Source: an uncultured Eubacteriales bacterium (GTDB taxonomy: Bacteria; Bacillota; Clostridia; Christensenellales; CAG-917). Taken from it: 39,902 nt of DNA. Positions 27,147-35,721 of this stretch are shown piece after piece. The notes beneath the pieces are model-generated. The model ran no database searches. It was not told where the DNA came from and saw nothing but the letters and a program-made list of their open reading frames with translations. The stretch spans positions 1 through 39,902 of the forward strand of contig URUQ01000002.1 in assembly GCA_900551145.1 (NCBI GenBank). The letters are read 5' to 3'. Position numbers and translations under genes: made by a program. Within the stretch, counting starts at the first letter, position 1; each line of letters opens with the position of its first letter.

Positions 27147-27500
27147 ACAAGAGATATGTAATAGCAATTACTACGGCATAGCCGTCCGCCCGTCAACTCA
27201 TTTACGATTAGTAAATTAGGGTTGCCGTGCAAGGGGCTTTTCCGCGCTCTTCATCCGTTTATTGCGGTTTTGCATAAAGCTATTAATGGTAATTTGCTTA
27301 TTCGGGGCTTCGAACCGCAAGGCGGTGAGCGTTTTTGCGCCGAACTTGACGGTTGTACAAGTGAGCCGATAAGTGTTGTTCTTTTTATCGGCGAACGAGT
27401 GGCATAATAAGAGGACGATACCTTTCTATGTGAGTGCCAAATGTCTCCCCCGCGAGCGACGAATACTTTTGTAGAGAATTGTCCCTATACGAGTGGTGGG

Positions 27501-27545
27501 AGAAATACCGGCGTGTCCGGAAAGAGGGGGCATTGCATTTAAGGA
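27501..27545 (+). repeat. Direct repeat R1 (45 nt) in the fba-gap spacer
   Basis: AGAAATACCGGCGTGTCCGGAAAGAGGGGGCATTGCATTTAAGGA. It contains the mini-hairpin CCGG-CGTGT-CCGG and a G5 run. Confidence 0.8.
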
Positions 27546-27624
27546 GTTACGACGCAGTCTATTTTAGTGTCAAATAGGGGAAACACATGAGGAAGGGGGG
27601 AAAATTGTATTTAATTATATTTTT

Positions 27625-27670
27625 AGAAATGCCGGCGTGTCCGGAAAGAGGGGGGGTATTGCATTTAGGA
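27625..27670 (+). repeat. Direct repeat R2 (46 nt), 124 nt downstream of R1
   Basis: AGAAATGCCGGCGTGTCCGGAAAGAGGGGGGGTATTGCATTTAGGA. It is about 90% identical to R1 and differs mainly in G-run length (7 versus 5). Confidence 0.8.
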
Positions 27671-27767
27671 CGGGCGTTTCCTTGTTCTTTATCTATTTGA
27701 TTACCTTAATTCCGCCACATCGCTTGCTTGACGCTCGCTTTGCTCGTTTTTGTGACGCGATTTTACG

Positions 27768-27798
27768 GAAGACACGCAGTTTTGCGTGTCTTTCTTTT
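27768..27798 (+). terminator. Orphan intrinsic terminator inside the fba-gap spacer
   Basis: GAAGACACGCA-GTTT-TGCGTGTCTTC-like hairpin (27768-27793) followed by TTCTTTT. No annotated gene ends here. Confidence 0.6.
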
Positions 27799-27873
27799 GG
27801 AAGGAATACTTGAGTTATGCGGCTCGCTTTTACACTCGTTGCATTATTCGATAAAAATTTCCCCTAATAATAC

Positions 27874-27902
27874 TTGCATATTTTGCATAATAATTGTAAA
27901 AT
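27874..27902 (+). promoter_or_regulatory. Putative gap promoter (TTGCAT-17 nt-TAAAAT)
   Basis: TTGCAT is at 27874-27879 and TAAAAT at 27897-27902. A tandem TTGCATA motif sits in the spacer. Confidence 0.45.
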
Positions 27903-27960
27903 AATTGCGGTTGGATAATCCGACTAATTTTTGGAATACACCTTTATGGAGGAATTTATA

Positions 27961-29013
27961 ATGGCAAACGTAAAAGTCGCTATCAACGGTTTTGGTCGTA
28001 TCGGTCGTCTCGCTTTCAGACAAATGTTTGGTGCAGACGGTTATGAAATCGTCGCTATCAACGATTTGACAAGCCCCAAAATGCTTGCTCATCTCTTGAA
28101 GTACGATTCGACGCAAGGCAACTATGCAAATTCTCACACGGTTGAGAGTTGTGAAGCGGTTCTCAACGAGGACGGCACAATCAAAGAAGACGGTTACATC
28201 GTCGTCGACGGCAAAAAGATCACCATCTACGCAAAAGCAAAAGCAGCAGAACTTCCTTGGGGAGAACTCGGCGTTGACGTAGTTTTGGAATGCACCGGCT
28301 TCTACACCTCAAAGGCAAAAGCACAAGCACACATCGACGCAGGCGCACGCAAAGTCGTCATCTCCGCACCCGCAGGCAACGACCTTCCCACAATCGTTTA
28401 CAACGTAAACCACACCACGCTCAAAGCAACGGACACCATCATCTCCGCAGCAAGCTGCACCACCAACTGCCTCGCTCCTATGGCAAAGGCTCTCAACGAT
28501 TATGCACCGATTATGAGCGGTATTATGACCACGGTTCACGCATACACGGGCGACCAAATGCCTCTTGACGGACCGCAAAGAAAGGGCGATCTCCGTCGTT
28601 CTCGCGCGGCTGCAATCAACATCGTTCCCAACAGCACCGGCGCTGCAAAAGCAATCGGTCTCGTTATTCCCGAACTCAACGGCAAACTCATCGGTTCTGC
28701 ACAACGCGTTCCGACCCCGACCGGTTCCACCACGATCCTCGTCGCAGTCGTCAAAGGTCAAGCAACCGTTGAAGGCATCAACGCAGCTATGAAAGCGGCA
28801 GCAACCGAGTCCTTCGGTTACAACACCGACCAAATCGTTTCTTCCGATATCATCGGCAGCCGTTTCGGTTCCATCTTCGACGCAACTCAAACTATGGTTG
28901 CTCCTATGGAAGACGGCAACACCCAAGTTCAAGTGGTTGCTTGGTACGACAACGAGAACAGCTACACTTCTCAAATGGTACGTACCATCAAGTACTTCTC
29001 CGAACTCAAATAA
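27961..29013 (+). CDS. gap: Glyceraldehyde-3-phosphate dehydrogenase, type I
   Basis: NAD motif NGFGRIGR, catalytic SCTTNCLAP, and WYDNE near the C-terminus. ATG 27961 lies 7 nt after GGAGGA (27948-27953). The ORF-track start at 27931 is rejected. Confidence 0.95.
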   Translation: MANVKVAINGFGRIGRLAFRQMFGADGYEIVAINDLTSPKMLAHLLKYDSTQGNYANSHTVESCEAVLNEDGTIKEDGYIVVDGKKITIYAKAKAAELPWGELGVDVVLECTGFYTSKAKAQAHIDAGARKVVISAPAGNDLPTIVYNVNHTTLKATDTIISAASCTTNCLAPMAKALNDYAPIMSGIMTTVHAYTGDQMPLDGPQRKGDLRRSRAAAINIVPNSTGAAKAIGLVIPELNGKLIGSAQRVPTPTGSTTILVAVVKGQATVEGINAAMKAAATESFGYNTDQIVSSDIIGSRFGSIFDATQTMVAPMEDGNTQVQVVAWYDNENSYTSQMVRTIKYFSELK

Positions 29014-29137
29014 AAACTGCGCTAAACAGCGAATAACTTTGTCAGCACCCCGAGTTGTGCAAATCACGTACGAAAGTACGTTGGGTTTGCGCCCCTTGGG
29101 GTGCTTTCGCGTTCTTCATCTGTTTAGCGCAGTTTTT
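29014..29137. repeat. ~124-nt imperfect-palindrome element, copy B (immediately 3' of the gap stop); probably also a terminator
   Basis: Same architecture as 27024-27146. The arms are AAAAACTGCGCTAAACAG / CTGTTTAGCGCAGTTTTT, which pair perfectly, and GCACCCCGAG / CCTTGGGGTGC, with the centre ACGTACGAAAGTACGT. A partial extra right arm lies at about 29144-29167. Confidence 0.85.
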
Positions 29138-29306
29138 ACAAAACGCGCTATTTAGCGAACAACTTTTCCTTGCTTTTCATCTAAATATCGTGGTTTAACC
29201 TTAAAATCTAAAACCTATTTTTTAGTCCGCTCAATATTTTCGCGGATGGTATTTTTTATCTTCAACTCTTTCATACGTTAGTATTAAAAAATATACATAT
29301 TAGTAT

Positions 29307-29335
29307 TTGCCAAGTCGGTGGTTTGGTGTTAGAAT
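29307..29335 (+). promoter_or_regulatory. Putative promoter of the Fe-ADH gene (TTGCCA-17 nt-TAGAAT, TG-extended)
   Basis: TTGCCA is at 29307-29312. TAGAAT is at 29330-29335 and is preceded by TGT. The spacer is 17 nt. Confidence 0.5.
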
Positions 29336-29378
29336 ATATCCATAAAAACTCACGGATTTTTCCGTATTTGGAGGAAAT

Positions 29379-30608
29379 ATGAACGTATTTACAAAAATCG
29401 GTTGCCGCATTTTCCAACAAACTATGCGCGTTGCAATGTTTTTACTTCCTTGGAATCAATGCAAAAAGACGCTTTCGGGCCCGGGAAGCATTTCCGAACT
29501 TCCTAAATTCCTTAAAGATCAGGGCTTCAAGAGCGTACTTATCGTCACCGATGGTTTCTTGTTTTCAAACGGCAAAGCCGATCCTATTATGAAAGCGTGC
29601 CAAGAGCAAGGCATGAAGAGTTGCTGCTATCACGACGTCGTTCCCAATCCGACCATTCAAAACATAGAAGAAGGTCTCAAAATGTACAATGAGAACGGTT
29701 GTGACGTCATCGTAGCACTCGGCGGAGGCAGTGCAATGGACTGCGCAAAGGGTATCGGCGCAAGAGTCGCTTGCCCCAAGAAGAGCGTTCCTCAAATGAA
29801 AGGCGTGCTCAAAATTATGATTACGGGACACAAACTTCCTCCTCTCGTTGCAATTCCTACCACGTCCGGTACGGGCAGTGAAGCGACGCTTGCCGCAGTC
29901 ATCTCCAACCCCGAAACGCACGAGAAATACCCCATCAACGATCCGTTCCTCATTCCGAGATACGTCGTTATGGATCCGGAACTTACCAAGTCCCTTCCTC
30001 CGCATCTCACTTCAACCACGGGTATGGACGCGCTCACTCACGCGGTAGAGGCGTACATCGGCGGAGAGAACACCAGACAAACCAAGAAAGAGGCAATCGA
30101 GGCGGTGCAACTTATCCACAAATACCTCAAACAAGCCTACGATCACGGTGACGATCTCGAAGCGCGCGTCGAGATGCAAAAGGCGGCGTACCTTGCGGGT
30201 AAAGCGTTCACTCGCGCATACGTCGGATACGTACACGCAGTCGCTCACACGCTGGGCGGTGAGTACGGTGTGCCTCACGGTCTTGCAAACGCAGTCATTT
30301 TGCCGCACGTTTTGAGAGCATACGGCAAGTCCGCACACAAGAAACTCGCTCAACTTGCAGATTGCATCGGCATCAAGGGCGCAAACAACGCAGAAAAAGC
30401 AAACAACTTCATTCAATGGATTGACGATATGAACGCCGCGATGAACATCCCCACCAAGATTATGTCTCGCGACGGCGGAAAACTCATCGAAGAGGAGCGT
30501 TTGCCGCGTATGATCGATCACGCATACGCAGAGGCAAATCCGCTTTATCCTTGCCCGCAAGTTTGGGGCAAAAAGGAAATCGAGAAGATTTACCGCGAAA
30601 TTATGTGA
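29379..30608 (+). CDS. Iron-containing (group III) alcohol dehydrogenase family protein
   Basis: Motif GGGSAMDCAKGI and the His-rich metal motif HAVAHTLGGEYGVPHGLANAVILPHV. GGAGGAAAT precedes the ATG. Substrate cannot be called from sequence. Confidence 0.88.
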   Translation: MNVFTKIGCRIFQQTMRVAMFLLPWNQCKKTLSGPGSISELPKFLKDQGFKSVLIVTDGFLFSNGKADPIMKACQEQGMKSCCYHDVVPNPTIQNIEEGLKMYNENGCDVIVALGGGSAMDCAKGIGARVACPKKSVPQMKGVLKIMITGHKLPPLVAIPTTSGTGSEATLAAVISNPETHEKYPINDPFLIPRYVVMDPELTKSLPPHLTSTTGMDALTHAVEAYIGGENTRQTKKEAIEAVQLIHKYLKQAYDHGDDLEARVEMQKAAYLAGKAFTRAYVGYVHAVAHTLGGEYGVPHGLANAVILPHVLRAYGKSAHKKLAQLADCIGIKGANNAEKANNFIQWIDDMNAAMNIPTKIMSRDGGKLIEEERLPRMIDHAYAEANPLYPCPQVWGKKEIEKIYREIM

Positions 30609-30656
30609 TTTTTGAGGTTGCCTTTGCGGGCAATCGCAAATCTTGCGCATAGAGTC

Positions 30657-30709
30657 AAACCCTGTCTGCCGTGGGTGCAATCGTTGCATTTTCGGCATGC
30701 GGGGTTTTT
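30657..30709 (+). terminator. Possible intrinsic terminator after the ADH gene (imperfect stem)
   Basis: AAACCCTGTCTGCCG ... CGGCATGCGGGGTTTTT, with an inner TGCAA-TCG-TTGCA hairpin. The outer stem has mismatches. Confidence 0.4.
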
Positions 30710-30746
30710 CGCACTCAAAAACGAAAAATAAAGGATATAACCTTTT

Positions 30747-32537
30747 ATGCTGTTTGGAAAATACATAAACAAATACTACCTCAAATACAGTTGGCTGTTT
30801 TTGCTCGGGATCGTAGGACTCGTCGCCGTTGACGTGTTCCAACTTTTCATACCCGAATATCTTGGCAAACTCGTAGATATGTTTGACGGCAGTGCGATAG
30901 ACAAAGCGGCGCTCAAAGAGATAATTCTCGGCGTAATCGTCGTTGCGCTCGTTATGTTTTTCGGACGCATTATGTGGAGATTGTCCATATTCAACGCTTC
31001 TCAACGCATAGAGGCGGACTTGCGTCACAATATGTTCCTAAAAGCAGAGAGGCTTTCTCAACGCTATTATCACGAGAACAAAGTGGGCACTGTTATGGCA
31101 TGGTTCACGACCGACCTCGAAACGATAGAGGAATTTTTCGGTTGGGGCTCGGTTATGCTCGTTGACGCAATGTTCCTCTCGGTGCTTGCGCTTTACAAGA
31201 TGTTTGCGCTCGACTGGGTGCTTTCGTGCATACTCTTGCTTCCGCTTATACTCATAGTGGTGTGGGGTATGCTTGTTGAAAAGTTTATGGCACTCAAATG
31301 GGAGCAACGCCAAACGGAGTTTGACAAACTTTACGACTTTTCGCAAGAGAGTTTTACGGGAATACGCGTTATCAAGGCTTTTGTCAAGGAAACTCAACAG
31401 CTTCACGCCTTTGCAAAAATCGCGAAACGCAACAAAGACGCCAATATCGAGTTCGTAAAAGTGTCGGTTATATTCGACGCAATAATCTCAGTTATCATTT
31501 CAGCCATTATGGCGCTTATTTTAGGACTTGGCGGATATTTCGTGTACAAATTCTCAATCGGTGCGCCGGTCGTCATATTCGGGCATACGGTGGACATGAG
31601 CGCGGGCGGACTTATCACGTTCGTGGGTTATTTCGACACTCTCGTATGGCCGATGATTGCACTCGGACAAGTGGTGTCTATGCGTTCGCGCGCAAAAGCG
31701 TCCTTAAAGCGTGTCACCAACTTCCTTGACCAAGAAGAAGAGATACACAACCCCGACAACGCCTACGTGCTCGAAGACGTCAAAGGAAACGTCACTTTCA
31801 AAGACTTTTCTTTTGCCTATCCCAATACTGACGCAGACGTGCTCAAAAATGTTACCATAGACATAAAAGCGGGCGAAAGCGTTGGCGTCGTGGGCAAGAT
31901 AGGAAGTGGCAAAACGACGCTTGTCAACACTCTTTTGCGTCTTTACAACATAGACAAAGGCAAAGTGTTTATAGACGGTCACGACGTTATGGATTGCGAT
32001 ATCGAGAGCGTGCGAAACGCAATCGGATACGTACCGCAAGACAACTTTCTTTTCAGCGACAAGGTAAAAAACAACATAGCGTTCTCTTGCGAGACGCTTG
32101 ATATGGACAAAGTGTACGAAGCGGCAAAGTTTGCCGACGTACACTCAAATATAAAAGACTTTACGGAAGGATACGACACCGTATCGGGCGAGAGAGGCGT
32201 AACCCTTTCGGGCGGACAAAAGCAACGTATATCTATTGCACGCGCATACATAAAAGACGCACCGATTATGATTTTGGACGACTCGGTGTCCGCGGTTGAC
32301 GTTAAGACGGAGGAGACCATACTTGCAAATATCCAAAATCAACGCAAAGGCAAGACTACGATAGTCATAGCGTCGCGCGTGTCCACGGTGTCTCACCTTG
32401 ACAAAATTCTCGTATTGAACGACGGTGAAGTGGAGGCTTTCGACACTCCTCAAAGACTTGAAACAATTTCACCGACGTACAACAAGATGGTGTATTTGCA
32501 AAAACTCGAAAGAGAAGTGGAAGGGGGTGAGGCGTGA
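30747..32537 (+). CDS. ABC exporter half-transporter (TMD-NBD), subunit with degenerate NBD
   Basis: Six-TM exporter-type N-terminus. Walker A GKIGSGKTT and canonical signature LSGGQKQR. Walker B is IMILDDS, with Asp where the catalytic Glu is expected. The H-loop position reads IASRVST, with no His. Confidence 0.9.
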   Translation: MLFGKYINKYYLKYSWLFLLGIVGLVAVDVFQLFIPEYLGKLVDMFDGSAIDKAALKEIILGVIVVALVMFFGRIMWRLSIFNASQRIEADLRHNMFLKAERLSQRYYHENKVGTVMAWFTTDLETIEEFFGWGSVMLVDAMFLSVLALYKMFALDWVLSCILLLPLILIVVWGMLVEKFMALKWEQRQTEFDKLYDFSQESFTGIRVIKAFVKETQQLHAFAKIAKRNKDANIEFVKVSVIFDAIISVIISAIMALILGLGGYFVYKFSIGAPVVIFGHTVDMSAGGLITFVGYFDTLVWPMIALGQVVSMRSRAKASLKRVTNFLDQEEEIHNPDNAYVLEDVKGNVTFKDFSFAYPNTDADVLKNVTIDIKAGESVGVVGKIGSGKTTLVNTLLRLYNIDKGKVFIDGHDVMDCDIESVRNAIGYVPQDNFLFSDKVKNNIAFSCETLDMDKVYEAAKFADVHSNIKDFTEGYDTVSGERGVTLSGGQKQRISIARAYIKDAPIMILDDSVSAVDVKTEETILANIQNQRKGKTTIVIASRVSTVSHLDKILVLNDGEVEAFDTPQRLETISPTYNKMVYLQKLEREVEGGEA

Positions 32538-34303
32538 TGACAAACGAAGTCGAAAAACTAAAAGGCAACGTTCACATTCCCACGAAAGTGATGTTAAAGC
32601 GCATAAATAACTACTTAAAACCCGAGATTGCGCGATTTGTCGGTGCAATGCTCCTTATAGTAGTCAACGTTGTGCTCGATATCATATTGCCTCTTTTCGT
32701 AAGCCGTATCACCAACAATTTGAAGTCGGACGGCATAAATTTGCAATTCATCGTAGGTATGGCAATAGCCTACCTTGCCATAGGCGTATGCAACCAAGGC
32801 TTCCTCGTGTGGGAGTCGATGCTCCTTCAAAAAGCGGGACAAAACATAATCTATCGCTTACGCACGGAAGTGTTCGAACATATCGAAAAACTCTCTCAAA
32901 ATCAGTTTGACGAAATGCCCGTCGGCTCTTTGGTAACGCGTGTGGCGTCCTATACGGCGTCGATGTCCGACTTGTTCACCAACGTTATCGTCAACGTTAT
33001 CCGCAACGTTTTGACGGTTGTTGGCGTGTACGGGATAATGCTTTACATATCATGGCAGTTGTCGCTTGTTATGCTCGGCTTCATAGTCGTGGTGTTTATA
33101 ACGTCCTACTTTTTCAGAAAAATCGTCAGAAAGGTGTTCACCAAAGAGCGTGAGTATATATCCGACCTCAACGCCTTCCTCAACGAGAACTTGTCGGGAA
33201 TGAAACTCATTCAAATCTTCAATCGCGAAGCGAAAAAAGACGGCGAGTTTATGCAAAAGAACGAGAATTTGCGCAAGTCGAGATACAAAGTCGTTTTGGC
33301 GTTCGGCATATACCGTCCGTTTATAACCTTGCTTTATATCACGTCGATAGCGGTGACGTTCTGGCTTGGGATGGAGTTTGGATTGAATGCCGGTATGATA
33401 GTTGCGTTCTACCTCTACTTGTCACGCTTTTTCAACCCCATACAAAACCTTGCCGACCAACTCAACAATTTGCAGAAGGCAATGACCGCATCCGAGAGGC
33501 TTTTCAACCTCCTCGACGTAGTGCCCGAGATACAAGACAAAGAGGACGCTGTTTGGGTGGACAAGTTCGAGGGTAAAATCGAGTTCAAAAACGTATGGTT
33601 TGCCTACAAGGACGAGGATTGGATACTCAAAGACGTGTCATTCACCATCAATCCAAAAGAGACTTGTGCTTTCGTAGGTGCGACCGGCGCGGGTAAAACC
33701 ACCATTTTGTCCCTCATCGTTCGCAATTACGAGATACAAAAAGGTCAAATCCTTATAGACGGCAGAGATATCAGCACCATAGATATACACTCCTTGCGCA
33801 AGGGCATCGGTCAAATGCTCCAAGACGTATTTTTGTTCAGCGGAACGGTGCGTAGCAATATCACCCTCAACGATGATTCGTTTACGGACGAAGAGATAAA
33901 TGCGGCTTGCAAGTACGTCAACGCCGACACGTTTATATCCTCGCAAGAGCACGGGCTTGACGAAGAGGTCATAGAGAGAGGCGAAAACTTCTCGCAAGGG
34001 CAACGACAGTTGTTGTCATTCTCGCGCACGGTTTTGCACAAGCCCCAAATCTTGATTTTGGATGAGGCAACCGCCAATATCGACACCGAGACGGAAGTCG
34101 TAATACAGCAATCGCTTGAAAAAATCCGCAATATCGGCACTATGCTCGTGGTGGCGCACAGACTTTCAACCATACAGCACGCCGACCAAATAATCGTTCT
34201 CCAAAACGGCAGCATTATCGAGAGAGGCACTCACCAACAGTTGCTCAAAAACAAGGGCTATTATCACAAACTCTACGAGTTGCAGTTTGAAAATCGCGAT
34301 TGA
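32534..34303 (+). CDS. ABC exporter half-transporter (TMD-NBD), subunit with consensus NBD
   Basis: 4-nt overlap (GTGATGA) with the upstream gene. Walker A GATGAGKTT, Walker B ILILDEAT with the Glu present, and H-loop VAHRLST. The signature is degenerate: FSQGQRQ. Confidence 0.9.
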   Translation: MMTNEVEKLKGNVHIPTKVMLKRINNYLKPEIARFVGAMLLIVVNVVLDIILPLFVSRITNNLKSDGINLQFIVGMAIAYLAIGVCNQGFLVWESMLLQKAGQNIIYRLRTEVFEHIEKLSQNQFDEMPVGSLVTRVASYTASMSDLFTNVIVNVIRNVLTVVGVYGIMLYISWQLSLVMLGFIVVVFITSYFFRKIVRKVFTKEREYISDLNAFLNENLSGMKLIQIFNREAKKDGEFMQKNENLRKSRYKVVLAFGIYRPFITLLYITSIAVTFWLGMEFGLNAGMIVAFYLYLSRFFNPIQNLADQLNNLQKAMTASERLFNLLDVVPEIQDKEDAVWVDKFEGKIEFKNVWFAYKDEDWILKDVSFTINPKETCAFVGATGAGKTTILSLIVRNYEIQKGQILIDGRDISTIDIHSLRKGIGQMLQDVFLFSGTVRSNITLNDDSFTDEEINAACKYVNADTFISSQEHGLDEEVIERGENFSQGQRQLLSFSRTVLHKPQILILDEATANIDTETEVVIQQSLEKIRNIGTMLVVAHRLSTIQHADQIIVLQNGSIIERGTHQQLLKNKGYYHKLYELQFENRD

Positions 34304-34372
34304 CCGCTTTTTTTGTAATAAACTACAATTGTTTGAGATGTTCAACAATTTGTCTTGTAACTTTTCAAAAGG

Positions 34373-34400
34373 TTGACATTTTTCGGGCACGTGATAAAAT
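34373..34400 (+). promoter_or_regulatory. Putative promoter of the lipid kinase gene (TTGACA-16 nt-TAAAAT, TG-extended)
   Basis: TTGACA is at 34373-34378. TAAAAT is at 34395-34400 and is preceded by TGA. Its position argues against the ORF-track start at 34373. Confidence 0.5.
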
Positions 34401-34429
34401 ATACATATATCAAAAAGACGGAGATATAT

Positions 34430-35296
34430 ATGTACCACATAATCGTAAACCCGACGGGCGGCAAGGGCAAATCGCTCAAAGCGCTCGGCAAAGTCGAAGA
34501 ATTGTTGAAGAAAAACGGTGCGGAATACACCATACATAAGACGGAATACGCCGGACACGCAACCGAGATTGCGAGAGAACTTTCTCAAACACCCGATACC
34601 AAGATTATCGCAATGGGCGGCGACGGTTCTTTCCACGAGGTGCTTTGCGGTATCGACAACTTTGACAACGTAACGCTCGGTCTCATTGCTTGCGGAAGCG
34701 GAAACGACTTTATCAAGAAGTCCGGACACTCCGCCAAGATCGAAGAAGCGGTTGCGACCATTCTCAAGGACAAACCCTCGTATGTTGACTATATGGAACT
34801 CGGCAAGTATCGTTGCCTCAACGTAGGCGGCGGAGGTATGGACGTCGACGTATTGCTCAAATATGCGCAATGCAAGACGCTCAAAGGCAAGGCGGCATAC
34901 TATTATTCGTTGTTCTACACGTTGTGCCACACGAGATTCCACCACTTGCGTATCACCGCAGACGGCGTAACCAAGGATGCCAGCGTCTTTATGATAGGCA
35001 TAGGCAACGGCGGATTTATCGGCGGCGGAATTCCCATCTGTCCCAACGCAGTCGTTGACGATGGATTGCTCAACGTAGGCTACGTCAGCGAGATGAAAAA
35101 GAGCAAGATTTTGTCCCGTTTGGCAAAGTTCCTCAAAGGCAAACACGTCGGCACGGACTGGGGCGGAGAATACACCGCAAAGAAGATCACCATCGAAGCG
35201 CTTGACGACAGCAGGTTTGAGCTCGACGGTGAAATCATCGACGACACCAAGCTCGACATCGAAGTCGTACACGGCAAACTCAAAATGTACAGATAA
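34430..35296 (+). CDS. Diacylglycerol-kinase-family lipid kinase (YegS/DagK-like)
   Basis: Motifs IIVNPTGGKGKS, GGDGSFHEV and CGSGNDF. ATG 34430 follows GACGGAGA. Confidence 0.85.
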   Translation: MYHIIVNPTGGKGKSLKALGKVEELLKKNGAEYTIHKTEYAGHATEIARELSQTPDTKIIAMGGDGSFHEVLCGIDNFDNVTLGLIACGSGNDFIKKSGHSAKIEEAVATILKDKPSYVDYMELGKYRCLNVGGGGMDVDVLLKYAQCKTLKGKAAYYYSLFYTLCHTRFHHLRITADGVTKDASVFMIGIGNGGFIGGGIPICPNAVVDDGLLNVGYVSEMKKSKILSRLAKFLKGKHVGTDWGGEYTAKKITIEALDDSRFELDGEIIDDTKLDIEVVHGKLKMYR

Positions 35297-35301
35297 ACCT
35301 C

Positions 35302-35330
35302 ACGAGCCACTCAACCGAGTGGCTCGTTTT
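35302..35330 (+). terminator. Intrinsic terminator after the lipid kinase gene
   Basis: ACGAGCCACTC-AACC-GAGTGGCTCGT forms a perfect 11-bp stem followed by TTTT. Confidence 0.8.
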
Positions 35331-35477
35331 ATGTCCAAAACGAACAAAGAGAGGCTTGTTATATATCAAAATCACGCAAAGTTATTTGATATAATGGCTT
35401 TTTTAAGCTCAAAACAAACGAAACGTCTCAATCGAACCGCTTATGCGTGTCGAAAAAGCACCAATTGTGCGCTTTCT

Positions 35478-35506
35478 CTCGACAAATACGGCAAAAAAAG
35501 ATAGAA
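35478..35506 (+). promoter_or_regulatory. Putative tRNA-Arg promoter (TCGACA-17 nt-TAGAAT)
   Basis: TCGACA is at 35478-35483 and TAGAAT at 35501-35506. The -10 ends 9 nt before the tRNA 5' end. Confidence 0.5.
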
Positions 35507-35515
35507 TACAGATAT

Positions 35516-35592
35516 GCACCCATGGCGCAACTGGATAGCGCATCAGATTCCGATTCTGACGGTTGGCGGTTCGAATCCGTTTGGGTGCACCA
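35516..35592 (+). tRNA. tRNA-Arg (anticodon CCG), CCA encoded
   Basis: Manual cloverleaf. The acceptor stem GCACCCA/TGGGTGC is perfect. D arm is GCGC-AACTGGATA-GCGC. Anticodon arm is TCAGA-TTCCGAT-TCTGA, giving anticodon CCG. T arm is GGCGG-TTCGAAT-CCGTT with two G-U pairs. The 3' end is ACCA. Total 77 nt. Confidence 0.85.
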
Positions 35593-35600
35593 ACTATTTA

Positions 35601-35637
35601 GCGGTCTGTAAGATTTTTACAGACTGCATTTTATATT
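35601..35637 (+). terminator. Hairpin plus T-rich tail after the tRNA
   Basis: GCGGTCTGTAA-GATTT-TTACAGACTGC (one G-U pair) followed by ATTTTATATTT. Confidence 0.55.
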
Positions 35638-35686
35638 TGGCGATTGTTTTAAGAGATTTGTAGTCCTCGTAAAATGCAAAAAAGTA

Positions 35687-35715
35687 TTGACAATTAGTAA
35701 TTGTGTGGGTAAAAT
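35687..35715 (+). promoter_or_regulatory. Near-consensus promoter of the nucleotidyltransferase gene (TTGACA-17 nt-TAAAAT)
   Basis: TTGACA is at 35687-35692 and TAAAAT at 35710-35715, with an exact 17-nt spacer. Confidence 0.6.
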
Positions 35716-35721
35716 GATGTG

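Noticed and set aside
27222-27407. 61-aa ORF in the fba-gap spacer.
   Set aside because: It has no SD, no recognisable motif, and a composition like the surrounding non-coding DNA. It also overlaps small hairpins. It is not supportable as a gene.
27505-27660. Resemblance of GTCCGGAAAGAGG in the repeats to the SRP RNA domain IV (GUCCGGAAGGAAGCAG) or the RNase P AGGAAAGUCC motif.
   Set aside because: The would-be GGAA tetraloop is not closed by complementary bases. The flanking conserved AGCA/GGA symmetric-loop elements are absent. The motif occurs twice in tandem. None of the long-range helices of SRP RNA or RNase P RNA can be drawn.
27501-27670. R1/R2 direct repeats considered as a CRISPR array or as duplicated peptide-coding units (both can be read as E-I/M-P-A-C-P-E-R-G-G).
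   Set aside because: There are only two copies, the intervening spacer is 79 nt, and no cas genes or leader are present, so this is not a CRISPR. The 2-nt difference in the G-run shifts the reading frame between copies after ...ERGG, so peptide coding is not conserved. They are treated as a non-coding repeat.
17914-27895. Recurring TTTGCATA(A/T)T motif (17914-17926, 17973-17986, and twice at 27873-27892) considered as a shared transcription-factor site linking the gap promoter and the giant-lipoprotein leader.
   Set aside because: There are four short AT-rich matches in AT-rich promoter DNA, with no dyad symmetry or fixed position relative to the -35/-10. This is within chance expectation and would need genome-wide motif enrichment to be taken seriously.
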